From assembly GCF_044647545.1 (NCBI RefSeq), contig NZ_CP172818.1: a stretch of 64,000 nt of DNA, one strand, 5' to 3'. The translations under genes and the position numbers were made by a program. Positions 11,583-23,995 of this stretch are shown in pieces (position 1 is the first letter of the stretch; each line of letters starts with the position of its first letter). The stretch is from Escherichia coli (GTDB taxonomy: Bacteria; Pseudomonadota; Gammaproteobacteria; Enterobacterales; Enterobacteriaceae). A model generated the notes under the pieces. It had not been told where the DNA came from. It searched no databases and was given only the letters and a program-made list of their open reading frames with translations.

Positions 11583-12071
11583 ATGAAGACCATTCTACCT
11601 GCAGTATTGTTTGCCGCTTTCGCCACCACTTCCGCCTGGGCGGCAGAAAGCGTCCAGCCGCTGGAAAAAATCGCACCTTATCCACAAGCTGAAAAAGGCA
11701 TGAAGCGTCAGGTGATTCAGTTAACTCCGCAAGAAGATGAATCTACCCTGAAAGTAGAACTGTTAATCGGTCAGACGCTGGAAGTCGATTGCAATTTGCA
11801 TCGTCTCGGCGGGAAGCTGGAAAGCAAAACGCTGGAAGGCTGGGGCTATGATTATTATGTCTTTGATAAAGTTAGCTCGCCGGTTTCCACGATGATGGCC
11901 TGCCCGGATGGCAAGAAAGAGAAGAAATTTGTCACCGCGTATCTGGGCGATGCCGGAATGCTGCGTTATAACAGCAAGCTGCCGATCGTGGTGTATACGC
12001 CAGACAATGTGGATGTGAAGTACCGCATCTGGAAGGCGGAAGAGAAAATTGACAACGCGGTTGTTCGCTAA
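11583..12071 (+). CDS. eco: Ecotin, periplasmic serine protease inhibitor
   Basis: ORF track starts at 11562; conserved start MKTILPAV at 11583 with signal peptide. Confidence 0.93.
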   Translation: MKTILPAVLFAAFATTSAWAAESVQPLEKIAPYPQAEKGMKRQVIQLTPQEDESTLKVELLIGQTLEVDCNLHRLGGKLESKTLEGWGYDYYVFDKVSSPVSTMMACPDGKKEKKFVTAYLGDAGMLRYNSKLPIVVYTPDNVDVKYRIWKAEEKIDNAVVR

Positions 12072-12079
12072 ACTACTGG

Positions 12080-12195
12080 AGGATAAGGCGGTTACGCTGC
12101 ATCCGACATCTAACGCCCGAGCCGGTTGCCTGATGCGACGCTGACGCGTCTTATTAGCATACGCCACATCCGGCAAACCATGCCGGATGTGGCAC
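12080..12195. repeat. REP/BIME-like palindromic repeats plus hairpin between convergent eco and mqo
   Basis: GCCTGATGCGACGCTGACGCGTCTTAT-type REP motifs and inverted repeat GCCACATCCGGCA...TGCCGGATGTGGC. Confidence 0.7.
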
Positions 12196-12199
12196 ATCA

Positions 12200-13858
<1,659 letters not shown>

Positions 13859-14024
13859 TTACTTTTAGTCGCTTTATTGCAGGTGAGATTTGCGCGGCAT
13901 CAACGGTAACACTTAAGTAACAACATTTAAATAATGTTTATAAATTATATTCTAATTTTAGAAACATTATAATTTCGTTGATTAATTATAGGGTTATTAG
14001 AAACGAAGGGATTTTTAGCATATT

Positions 14025-14051
14025 GACCTGGCGGCAGCAGTCCGCCAGGTC
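14025..14051 (-). terminator. Stem-loop just downstream of the yojI stop (putative terminator or stabilising hairpin)
   Basis: Inverted repeat GACCTGGCGG-N7-CCGCCAGGTC; no clear U-tract follows, so intrinsic-terminator status is uncertain. Confidence 0.4.
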
Positions 14052-14063
14052 AGCGTCGAAATA

Positions 14064-15707
14064 TTATGCCGTCCGGGCAACGGCATCACGCGAAGCAGCA
14101 TCGCGCTCTTCGCCTGTCAGCTCGCTAAGTTGCCCGTTGCGCATTTCCAGCAGGCGGTCAGCGTGGATAAAGTAATGATCATCATGACTGATGGCGAAAA
14201 TCGTTTTACCCATCTCCTGCATCAGCGGTAGCAGCACCTGATAAAACTCACGACGGAAGTGTGGGTCCTGATCCGCCGCCCATTCATCCAGCAGGATAAT
14301 ATCGCGTTCTTCTGCCAGCGCCAGCAACAGCGCGACGCGTTTTTTCTGCCCTTTTGATAACTTCAGGTTAACAATACGCCCGTTACTTAACTCAAGCTTA
14401 TGAGCCATTTTCAGCTGCGCCAGCCACTTCTCAACCAGTTGCGGGTTAGCGGGTTGCCCCTCCGGCCCCAGCAGTTGATCAAACAGCCAGACATCGGTAA
14501 ACACTGCCGAAAACAGTTTGCGATAATCTTCCGGTTGTTCGCCGCTGACAGGTTTGCCATCCAGCAAGATTTCGCCGCTTTGTGGCTGATACAAGCCCGT
14601 CAGCAACATCGCCAGCGTCGATTTTCCGCTACCGTTGCCACCAATCAGAAACAGCAGTTCGCCACGTTTGATGGTGAGGTTAATCGGCCCAACGGAAAAC
14701 GCGTTATCCTGATAAGCAAACGTCACGTTACGCAGCTCCAGCGTTTGCCAGTTGGGAAACGCCTGCGGGCGTGGAAACTCTGCTTTGAAAGGTGCGAGCG
14801 CGAATTTGTTCAGCTTGTTAAACGCCACCTGCGCCGTCAGCAGCGTCGGCAATGCGCCAACTGCCGAAAGCAGCGGCGTACGCAGGAATAACAGCGTCAA
14901 CGAATAGGTCGCGGCAACGTTGGTATCAGCCCAACCGAGACTGTTCGCCATCCAGAACACCAGGCCGATAGCGCCCAGCATCATGATGTTTGACCAGTTC
15001 ACGGCACTAAGATGGAAGGTGTCTGCGCGGATAATATGATGGCGATACTCTTGCGCATCAGGAATGTAGAGGTTGTTAAACACATACTCGGCGCGTTCCC
15101 GGTTCAGAGTCAGCTCTTTGCGCCCTTCGAGTACGGTTTGAAAATCCGTGTACAGCTTATCTTCGGTTTCACGCAGGGTCGCCATATGTTTGTACACCCG
15201 CGCCACCAGCACAAAACCGCCCCAGATGGTGACTGCCATCCAGATAGCCGTTACCAGCAACATTTTGCCCGACAGCATCCACAAATACGCCGCGGAACCG
15301 ATAGTGAGAATGATCCCCTGCACCAGTTCCGGCAGACGCACAAAAGCAATGGTGATATTGCGCACATCGCTGGTTAACCCCGCCAGCAACGAAGCGCTAC
15401 CAAGTTGTTCAATGCGCTCGACGTGGGTATCCAGAATCCGCTTGATAAATTCACTACGCAGTCGGTAAACGAAGTGATGCCCCAAAGTGGTGAGCGCCAG
15501 TTGCGATCCGAGAGTGACTGCCATCAACAGCAACAATAATCCCAGAAACTCCGGCAACACCAGCAGACTGGTATCCGCCGTTTCGATAAGGCGCTGATTG
15601 ATAAAAGCAATTAAGCCAATGCCTAATGCCGCACTGGCGAGGCTTAGCGCCATCACACTGATAAATGGCCAGCGATACTGCCGCCAGACAAGTACAAGAA
15701 GTTCCAT
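14064..15707 (-). CDS. yojI: ABC transporter YojI (fused permease/ATPase; microcin J25 efflux in K-12)
   Basis: 547-aa ORF with N-terminal TM domain and C-terminal Walker A (GGNGSGKST). Confidence 0.93.
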   Translation of the reverse strand: MELLVLVWRQYRWPFISVMALSLASAALGIGLIAFINQRLIETADTSLLVLPEFLGLLLLLMAVTLGSQLALTTLGHHFVYRLRSEFIKRILDTHVERIEQLGSASLLAGLTSDVRNITIAFVRLPELVQGIILTIGSAAYLWMLSGKMLLVTAIWMAVTIWGGFVLVARVYKHMATLRETEDKLYTDFQTVLEGRKELTLNRERAEYVFNNLYIPDAQEYRHHIIRADTFHLSAVNWSNIMMLGAIGLVFWMANSLGWADTNVAATYSLTLLFLRTPLLSAVGALPTLLTAQVAFNKLNKFALAPFKAEFPRPQAFPNWQTLELRNVTFAYQDNAFSVGPINLTIKRGELLFLIGGNGSGKSTLAMLLTGLYQPQSGEILLDGKPVSGEQPEDYRKLFSAVFTDVWLFDQLLGPEGQPANPQLVEKWLAQLKMAHKLELSNGRIVNLKLSKGQKKRVALLLALAEERDIILLDEWAADQDPHFRREFYQVLLPLMQEMGKTIFAISHDDHYFIHADRLLEMRNGQLSELTGEERDAASRDAVARTA

Positions 15708-15782
15708 GCAGAAAACCCGGACAATGAATTACAGCCCGCAGTTTAAACATCTTCGCGCGCACAGCAATAATAATTCTTATTT

Positions 15783-16433
15783 TTATTCTTTTTTACCTGC
15801 CTGCCGGAATGTCAGGTTGTAGCGGCAGTCGGTGGTGAGTGGATGCCCCCCCACTTTCAACGGTTGAATGCCATGATAAAACAGCCGCGACTCACCACCC
15901 CATACCACCACATCGCCATGTTCCAACAACAAACGTTTGAGCGGATCATTTCGTTTCAGGCCGCCAAATTGAAAAATCGCGGGTAAGCCCAGAGAAACAG
16001 AAACAATTGGCGCGCGCAGATCCGGTTCGTCTTTATCCTGATGCAGCGACAGTTTCGCGCCAGGAACGTAGCGGTTGATCAAACAGGCATCTGGCTGGAA
16101 ATCTGGATAGCCCGCCGCCGTAGCCGCACGTTGGCATAAATCATGAAAACTCTGCGGCATGGCGGGCCACGGTTTATTTGTTTGCGGATCAATGGGCGAA
16201 TAGAGATAACCTTGCCGATGGGTCGTCCAGCCCAGATGCCCACAGTTGGTCATCGCCACCGACATGGTATATCCGCCTGGAGTGACCATCTGGCGAAACG
16301 GCGACTGGCTGGCAACATCATTAATATCGCGGATCAGTTGCTCCGCAGCGTTAAAAGCGAAACGCCGTAAAATTACCGCACCAGCCGCCAGTGGCTCTTG
16401 CCACGGTTCAGCATCGGCAAACAGATCCAACAT
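15783..16433 (-). CDS. alkB: Alkylated DNA repair dioxygenase AlkB (Fe/2-oxoglutarate dependent)
   Basis: 216-aa ORF; start overlaps ada stop. Confidence 0.95.
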   Translation of the reverse strand: MLDLFADAEPWQEPLAAGAVILRRFAFNAAEQLIRDINDVASQSPFRQMVTPGGYTMSVAMTNCGHLGWTTHRQGYLYSPIDPQTNKPWPAMPQSFHDLCQRAATAAGYPDFQPDACLINRYVPGAKLSLHQDKDEPDLRAPIVSVSLGLPAIFQFGGLKRNDPLKRLLLEHGDVVVWGGESRLFYHGIQPLKVGGHPLTTDCRYNLTFRQAGKKE

Positions 16434-17497
16434 TACCTCTCCTCATTCTCAGCTTCGCGGCGCAGCAGTTGCGCTTTGCGCGACACGCCCCAGCGGTAAC
16501 CGGAAAGTGTGCCATCACCACGGACCACCCGATGACAAGGTATAACGATAGCTAGCTTGTTGGCGGCACAGGCGCTGGCAACAGCCCGTACCGCTTTCGG
16601 TTTGCCGATGGCATTAGCCAGTTGCTGATAACTGACGGTTTCACCGCAAGGTATCGTGCGCAGGGCCTGCCAGACTTGTTGCTGAAAAGCAGTGCCGCGA
16701 ATGTCCAGCGGTAACGTCAGCGGCGTATCGCGTTGATTGAGGCTGGCGATCACTTCACGCACATGTTGCTGAAACATCAGATCGGCAGGCGCGTTGTCGG
16801 CAGCGGGAAACATCTGCTGCAACTCGCTGATTAGTGTCGCGTCATCATCGCCCAGCAATATCGCGCAAATCCCCCGCTCGCTTTCTGCCACCAGGCAACG
16901 GCCCAGCTCACAATCAGCCAGCGCGTAACGCACCGCCAGATTTTCGCCACCGTGACGGAATTGTTTAGCCGTCATGCCCAGCGTTTCGTCGGCTTTGCGG
17001 TAGTAACTGCTGCTGTCGGGGAATCCGGCGTTAAGAATAGATGTAGTCACGCTCTCCCCTTTCGCCAGCAATTCGCGCAAACGGCGAGCGCGCCAGGCCT
17101 GTTGCCAGGCTTTAGGCGTCATTCCGGTAGTCGCTTTAAACAACCGATGCAAATGAAATGGACTCATCGCCACCTGGTCGGCTAAGGCTTCCAGCGTTAC
17201 AGGCGTTTCCTGTTCCAGAAGTCGACACGCGTGGGTGATTTTATCCAACCGATGTTGCTGGGCATTGGCTTTATCGGGTTGGCAGCGTTTGCAGGGGCGA
17301 AATCCGGCGGTGAGTGCCTCACTGGCATTTGCGTAGAAGGAGACGTTTTCCCGCAAAGCATGTCTGGCGCGGCAAGACGGACGGCAAAAGATGCCTGTGG
17401 TGCGCACGGCGAAAACGAATTCGCCGTCGGCATTCGGGTCGCGGGCTAAGACAGATTGCCAGCGTTGATCGTCTGTTAAGCATGTGGCGTTTTTCAT
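16433..17497 (-). CDS. ada: Ada bifunctional methyltransferase / transcriptional regulator
   Basis: 354-aa ORF with N-terminal Cys cluster and C-terminal PCHRV active site. Confidence 0.95.
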   Translation of the reverse strand: MKNATCLTDDQRWQSVLARDPNADGEFVFAVRTTGIFCRPSCRARHALRENVSFYANASEALTAGFRPCKRCQPDKANAQQHRLDKITHACRLLEQETPVTLEALADQVAMSPFHLHRLFKATTGMTPKAWQQAWRARRLRELLAKGESVTTSILNAGFPDSSSYYRKADETLGMTAKQFRHGGENLAVRYALADCELGRCLVAESERGICAILLGDDDATLISELQQMFPAADNAPADLMFQQHVREVIASLNQRDTPLTLPLDIRGTAFQQQVWQALRTIPCGETVSYQQLANAIGKPKAVRAVASACAANKLAIVIPCHRVVRGDGTLSGYRWGVSRKAQLLRREAENEER

Positions 17498-17564
17498 AAT
17501 CAGCTCCCTGGTTAAGGATAGCCTTTAGTCTGCCCGGTCACCATCGCACAAAAACCAACAATCT

Positions 17565-17577
17565 TGCGCTTTAATTT
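17565..17577 (-). promoter_or_regulatory. Ada box (AAATTAAAGCGCA) of the ada promoter
   Basis: Minus-strand sequence matches the AAANNAAAGCGCA consensus about 70 bp upstream of the ada start, overlapping the apbE 3' end. Confidence 0.7.
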
Positions 17578-18626
17578 TTTTCGCTGATAAGGAAGCTTTT
17601 AAACTGCGGCGACATCCAGGTTTTAAAGCTATCGCCCTCTTTGGTGATCATATAGACCGCCAGCCCTTCCCGGCGAACAACTTCTTTGGCTTTATCCGGC
17701 CCGAGCACCATCAAACCTGTGTCCCAGGCGTCGGCTTCCAGCGCCGTCGGGGCAATCACCGTCACGGATACCAGATTATGTTCAATGGGACGCCCGGTTT
17801 GCGGATCGATAACATGAGAAAGACGTTTGCCGTCCAGTTCGTAATAGTTGCGATAGCTGCCGGAGGTGCTGATACCGTGGCCGTTGATATCCACCACCGC
17901 CTGAACCGCGTTTTCTTTATCGGTTGGTTTTTGAATCGCCACTCGCCACGGCTGGCCTTCACCGTTCATACCACGGCTGTTCAGCGCGCCGCCCACCGAC
18001 ACCAGATAGCGGGAAATCCCTTCCTGCTCCATCAAGAGTGCCAGATGATCCGCCGCATAACCTTCACCGACGGTAGAGAGATCGACATATAAATCCGGCA
18101 GGTCTTTTTGCAGATATTGCTGGTGGGACTGATTAATCACCGTCAGGTGCTGTAAGCCGGTTTTGGCTTTCATCGCATCGATCTGTTCCTGGCTCGGAAT
18201 TTGAACCGGCTGTTGTTCCGGACCGAAACCCCACAGATTCACCAGCGGCCCGACGGTTATATCCATCGCGCCATCGGTCTTCGCGCCAATGCGCAGCGAG
18301 GTGGTGACGATATCGGCCATCGCTTCACTTACTGGCCACGGCGACAAACTTTGCGAGTCGTTAAAGCGCATCAGCGCGGAATCTTTTTTATAGGTCGAAA
18401 GCAGCTGATCGTCGGCGTCCAGCTGGGTCTGAATCTTTTCTTTAAGTTCGGCACTGCGTTTGGCGTCAATGCCCGGGATGCTGGCACGCCAGAAGGTACC
18501 CATAGTTTTGCCTTCAAGAACGGTAACTTCAGTAGCGTGGGTTTTGGCGGGTTGTGGTTTTTGATCGCAACCAACAAAGAAGAGCGCGGCAGCCAGCAGT
18601 GCCACGCGGGTAAAGCTTATTTCCAT
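17571..18626 (-). CDS. apbE: FAD:protein FMN transferase ApbE (lipoprotein)
   Basis: 351-aa ORF with lipoprotein signal (LFFVGC). Confidence 0.93.
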   Translation of the reverse strand: MEISFTRVALLAAALFFVGCDQKPQPAKTHATEVTVLEGKTMGTFWRASIPGIDAKRSAELKEKIQTQLDADDQLLSTYKKDSALMRFNDSQSLSPWPVSEAMADIVTTSLRIGAKTDGAMDITVGPLVNLWGFGPEQQPVQIPSQEQIDAMKAKTGLQHLTVINQSHQQYLQKDLPDLYVDLSTVGEGYAADHLALLMEQEGISRYLVSVGGALNSRGMNGEGQPWRVAIQKPTDKENAVQAVVDINGHGISTSGSYRNYYELDGKRLSHVIDPQTGRPIEHNLVSVTVIAPTALEADAWDTGLMVLGPDKAKEVVRREGLAVYMITKEGDSFKTWMSPQFKSFLISEKN

Positions 18627-18696
18627 ACGTGATTATCCTCATGCGAACGGTCGCAAGAGTACACCAAAAAACTGTGTTTGTACGCTGAAAACAATG

Positions 18697-18720
18697 AAAA
18701 AAGGGCCCGCAGGCCCTTTG
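18697..18720 (-). terminator. Rho-independent terminator of ompC
   Basis: Minus strand GGGCCTGCGGGCCC stem followed by a T-run, 18 bp after the ompC stop. Confidence 0.8.
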
Positions 18721-18737
18721 TTCGATATAAATCGAGA

Positions 18738-19847
<1,110 letters not shown>

Positions 19848-19929
19848 TTATATGCCTTTATTTGCTTTTTTATGCCACTGCATACTGATTAACCCTCATT
19901 AATCAGTCGGCAGGTCCATTCTCCCCAAA

Positions 19930-20015
19930 AATGCAGAATAATCCAACACGAATATGATACTAAAACTTTTAAGATGTTTCATTTATCGCTATAGATGTTT
20001 CAAAATGTAAATGCA
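19930..20015 (-). promoter_or_regulatory. ompC promoter region with OmpR-binding boxes (TTTACATTTTGAAACATCTATAGCG...)
   Basis: Minus-strand sequence matches the known ompC upstream OmpR site region. Confidence 0.6.
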
Positions 20016-20166
20016 AGGGAACTTTTTAAGATTATTGCGGAATGGCGAAATAAGCACCTAACATCAAGCAATAATAATTCAAGGTTAAAATCAATAACTT
20101 ATTCTTAAGTATTTGACAGCACTGAATGTCAAAACAAAACCTTCACTCGCAACTAGAATATCTCCC

Positions 20167-20259
20167 GCTATCATCATTAACTTTATTTATTACCGTCATT
20201 CATTTCTGAATGTCTGTTTACCCCTATTTCAACCGGATGCCTCGCATCCGGTTTTTTTT
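20167..20259 (+). ncRNA. micF: MicF small regulatory RNA (antisense regulator of ompF)
   Basis: GCTATCATCATTAACTTTATTTATTACCGTCATTCATTTCTGAATGTCTG... ending in terminator hairpin CCGGATGCCTCGCATCCGG plus T8; divergent from ompC. Confidence 0.9.
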
Positions 20260-20570
20260 ACCCTTCTTTACACACTTTTCATTATTCTGTGCTACCACAG
20301 AAAAACTATAACGCTTGTTAACTATTTCACAAATAATTAACATCAGCATAATTTCCAGCAATCTTCGTTTATTTGCAATTAATTTCATTGGGCTTTTTGT
20401 AGGTTATTTGTACAGCAAAATGGCGCTTGTACATCTATTTCCCCCAATGCAGGATGATAAATATCACGGGAGAATAGAAAATCATCAATCAGGTAAGAGT
20501 CTGGAATTTCACACTGTACCCTTTATACTGCCCTATCACTTCGCGAAGTTTTAACAGGTCATAAACACGA

Positions 20571-23243
20571 ATGCGTCAGAAAGAGACAACGGCCACGACC
20601 CGCTTTTCACTCCTACCGGGGAGCATTACCCGCTTCTTTTTACTGTTGATCATTGTGTTACTGGTGACGATGGGGGTAATGGTACAAAGTGCCGTTAACG
20701 CCTGGCTGAAAGATAAAAGTTACCAGATTGTCGACATTACCCACGCAATCCAAAAGCGCGTCGATACCTGGCGTTACGTGACCTGGCAGATCTACGACAA
20801 CATTGCCGCGACGACCTCCCCCTCCTCCGGCGAAGGTTTACAAGAGACGCGCCTGAAACAGGATGTCTACTATCTGGAGAAACCACGCCGCAAAACGGAA
20901 GCGTTAATCTTTGGCTCTCACGACAACTCAACGCTTGAGATGACTCAACGGATGTCCACCTATCTGGACACATTGTGGGGCGCAGAAAATGTACCGTGGT
21001 CGATGTATTACCTGAATGGTCAGGATAACAGTCTGGTGCTGATCTCAACCCTGCCCCTCAAAGATCTCACCTCCGGATTTAAAGAATCGACCGTCAGCGA
21101 CATTGTTGATTCACGTCGTGCAGAGATGTTGCAACAGGCCAACGCCCTCGATGAACGCGAAAGCTTTTCTAACATGCGCCGCCTGGCCTGGCAGAACGGT
21201 CATTACTTTACCTTGCGTACCACGTTCAACCAGCCGGGACATCTGGCAACGGTCGTGGCTTTTGATCTGCCGATTAATGATTTGATCCCACCGGGCATGC
21301 CGCTGGACAGTTTCCGCCTTGAGCCAGACGCGACGGCAACGGGAGACAATGATAATGAGAAAGAAGGGACGGATAGCGTCAGTATCCACTTTAACAGTAC
21401 GAAGATTGAAATCTCCTCGGCACTCAACTCTACCGATATGCGCCTGGTCTGGCAGGTTCCTTATGGCACCTTATTGCTGGATACGTTGCAAAACATTCTG
21501 CTGCCACTGCTGCTGAACATCGGTTTGCTGGCGCTGGCGTTATTTGGCTATACCACATTCCGCCATTTCTCCAGCCGCAGTACAGAAAGCGTCCCCAGCA
21601 CGGCGGTCAATAACGAATTGCGCATTTTACGGGCAATTAATGAAGAGATAGTCTCACTGCTGCCGCTCGGCCTGCTGGTTCACGATCAGGAATCGAACCG
21701 CACAGTCATAAGTAACAAAATTGCCGATCATTTGCTGCCGCATTTGAATCTGCAAAACATCACCACCATGGCGGAACAGCATCAGGGGATTATTCAGGCG
21801 ACGATCAATAACGAGCTGTATGAGATCCGCATGTTCCGCAGCCAGGTTGCGCCGCGCACACAAATTTTCATTATTCGCGATCAGGATCGCGAAGTGCTGG
21901 TAAACAAGAAACTCAAGCAGGCGCAGCGTCTGTATGAAAAAAACCAGCAGGGGCGGATGACCTTTATGAAAAACATTGGCGATGCGCTGAAAGAACCCGC
22001 ACAGTCCCTGGCGGAGAGCGCGGCTAAACTCAACGCCCCGGAAGGCAAACAACTGGCGAATCAGGCAGATGTGCTGGTGCGGCTGGTCGATGAAATACAG
22101 TTAGCGAACATGCTTGCGGACGATAGCTGGAAAAGTGAGACGGTGCTGTTCTCCGTGCAGGATTTAATTGATGAAGTTGTGCCTTCAGTGTTGCCTGCCA
22201 TCAAGCGTAAAGGTCTGCAACTGCTGATTAACAATCATCTGAAAGCACACGATATGCGCCGCGGCGATCGCGATGCCTTACGACGTATTTTGCTGCTACT
22301 GATGCAATATGCCGTGACCTCAACGCAATTGGGAAAAATCACCCTTGAGGTTGATCAGGATGAGTCCTCCGAAGACCGCCTGACGTTCCGCATTCTGGAC
22401 ACCGGAGAAGGCGTAAGCATTCATGAAATGGATAATTTGCACTTCCCGTTTATCAACCAGACCCAAAACGATCGCTATGGCAAGGCGGACCCGCTGGCAT
22501 TCTGGCTGAGCGATCAACTGGCGCGTAAACTGGGCGGTCATTTAAACATCAAAACGCGGGATGGGCTTGGTACACGCTACTCTGTGCATATCAAAATGCT
22601 CGCAGCTGACCCGAAAGTTGAAGAGGAAGAAGAGCGATTACTGGATGATGTCTGCGTAATGGTGGATGTTACTTCGGCAGAAATTCGGAATATTGTCACT
22701 CGCCAGTTAGAAAATTGGGGTGCAACCTGTATCACACCCGATGAAAGATTAATTAGTCAAGATTATGATATCTTTTTAACGGATAATCCGTCTAATCTTA
22801 CTGCCTCTGGCTTGCTTTTAAGCGATGATGAGTCTGGCGTACGGGAAATTGGGCCTGGTCAATTGTGCGTCAACTTCAATATGAGCAACGCTATGCAGGA
22901 AGCGGTCTTACAATTAATTGAAGTGCAACTGGCGCAGGAAGAGGTGACAGAATCGCCTCTGGGCGGAGATGAAAATGCGCAACTCCATGCCAGCGGCTAT
23001 TATGCGCTCTTTGTAGACACAGTACCGGATGATGTTAAGAGGCTGTATACTGAAGCAGCAACCAGTGACTTTGCTGCGTTAGCCCAAACGGCTCATCGTC
23101 TTAAAGGCGTATTTGCCATGCTAAATCTGGTACCCGGCAAGCAGTTATGTGAAACGCTGGAACATCTGATTCGTGAGAAGGATGTTCCAGGAATAGAAAA
23201 ATACATCAGCGACATTGACAGTTATGTCAAGAGCTTGCTGTAG
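20571..23243 (+). CDS. rcsD: Rcs phosphorelay phosphotransfer protein RcsD
   Basis: 890-aa ORF with N-terminal TM region and C-terminal HPt domain; precedes rcsB. Confidence 0.95.
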   Translation: MRQKETTATTRFSLLPGSITRFFLLLIIVLLVTMGVMVQSAVNAWLKDKSYQIVDITHAIQKRVDTWRYVTWQIYDNIAATTSPSSGEGLQETRLKQDVYYLEKPRRKTEALIFGSHDNSTLEMTQRMSTYLDTLWGAENVPWSMYYLNGQDNSLVLISTLPLKDLTSGFKESTVSDIVDSRRAEMLQQANALDERESFSNMRRLAWQNGHYFTLRTTFNQPGHLATVVAFDLPINDLIPPGMPLDSFRLEPDATATGDNDNEKEGTDSVSIHFNSTKIEISSALNSTDMRLVWQVPYGTLLLDTLQNILLPLLLNIGLLALALFGYTTFRHFSSRSTESVPSTAVNNELRILRAINEEIVSLLPLGLLVHDQESNRTVISNKIADHLLPHLNLQNITTMAEQHQGIIQATINNELYEIRMFRSQVAPRTQIFIIRDQDREVLVNKKLKQAQRLYEKNQQGRMTFMKNIGDALKEPAQSLAESAAKLNAPEGKQLANQADVLVRLVDEIQLANMLADDSWKSETVLFSVQDLIDEVVPSVLPAIKRKGLQLLINNHLKAHDMRRGDRDALRRILLLLMQYAVTSTQLGKITLEVDQDESSEDRLTFRILDTGEGVSIHEMDNLHFPFINQTQNDRYGKADPLAFWLSDQLARKLGGHLNIKTRDGLGTRYSVHIKMLAADPKVEEEEERLLDDVCVMVDVTSAEIRNIVTRQLENWGATCITPDERLISQDYDIFLTDNPSNLTASGLLLSDDESGVREIGPGQLCVNFNMSNAMQEAVLQLIEVQLAQEEVTESPLGGDENAQLHASGYYALFVDTVPDDVKRLYTEAATSDFAALAQTAHRLKGVFAMLNLVPGKQLCETLEHLIREKDVPGIEKYISDIDSYVKSLL

Positions 23244-23259
23244 CAAGGTAGCCTATTAC

Positions 23260-23910
23260 ATGAACAATATGAACGTAATTATTGCCGATGACCATCCGAT
23301 AGTCTTGTTCGGTATTCGCAAATCACTTGAGCAAATTGAGTGGGTGAATGTTGTCGGCGAATTTGAAGACTCTACAGCACTGATCAACAACCTGCCGAAA
23401 CTGGATGCGCATGTGTTGATTACCGATCTCTCCATGCCTGGCGATAAGTACGGCGATGGCATTACCTTAATCAAGTACATCAAGCGCCATTTCCCAAGCC
23501 TGTCGATCATTGTTCTGACTATGAACAACAACCCGGCGATTCTTAGTGCGGTATTGGATCTGGATATCGAGGGGATCGTGCTGAAACAAGGTGCACCGAC
23601 CGATCTGCCGAAAGCTCTCGCCGCGCTGCAGAAAGGGAAGAAATTTACCCCGGAAAGCGTTTCTCGCCTGTTGGAAAAAATCAGTGCTGGTGGTTACGGT
23701 GACAAGCGTCTCTCGCCAAAAGAGAGTGAAGTTCTGCGCCTGTTTGCGGAAGGCTTCCTGGTGACCGAGATCGCTAAAAAGCTGAACCGCAGTATTAAAA
23801 CCATCAGTAGCCAGAAGAAATCTGCGATGATGAAGCTGGGTGTCGAGAACGATATCGCCCTGCTGAATTATCTCTCTTCAGTGACGTTAAGTCCGGCAGA
23901 TAAAGACTAA
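23260..23910 (+). CDS. rcsB: Response regulator RcsB (LuxR-type)
   Basis: ORF track starts at 23215 inside rcsD; conserved start MNNMNVIIADDHP at 23260 (216 aa). Confidence 0.95.
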   Translation: MNNMNVIIADDHPIVLFGIRKSLEQIEWVNVVGEFEDSTALINNLPKLDAHVLITDLSMPGDKYGDGITLIKYIKRHFPSLSIIVLTMNNNPAILSAVLDLDIEGIVLKQGAPTDLPKALAALQKGKKFTPESVSRLLEKISAGGYGDKRLSPKESEVLRLFAEGFLVTEIAKKLNRSIKTISSQKKSAMMKLGVENDIALLNYLSSVTLSPADKD

Positions 23911-23914
23911 TCAC

Positions 23915-23995
23915 CTGTAGGCCAGATAAGACGCGTTAGTGTCTTATCTGGCATTTGCACTGAATGCCAGATGCGGTGTAAACGCCTTATCCGTC
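23915..23995. repeat. REP-like palindromic elements between convergent rcsB and rcsC
   Basis: GTAGGCCAGATAAGACGCG / GTCTTATCTGGC / GCCTTATCCG motifs. Confidence 0.65.

Noticed and set aside
20260-20570. Additional small RNA or ORF between micF and rcsD (ORFs 20113..20340 and 20315..20554)
   Set aside because: AT-rich promoter/leader DNA for rcsD; the two small ORFs overlap micF or have low-complexity products and no translation signals.
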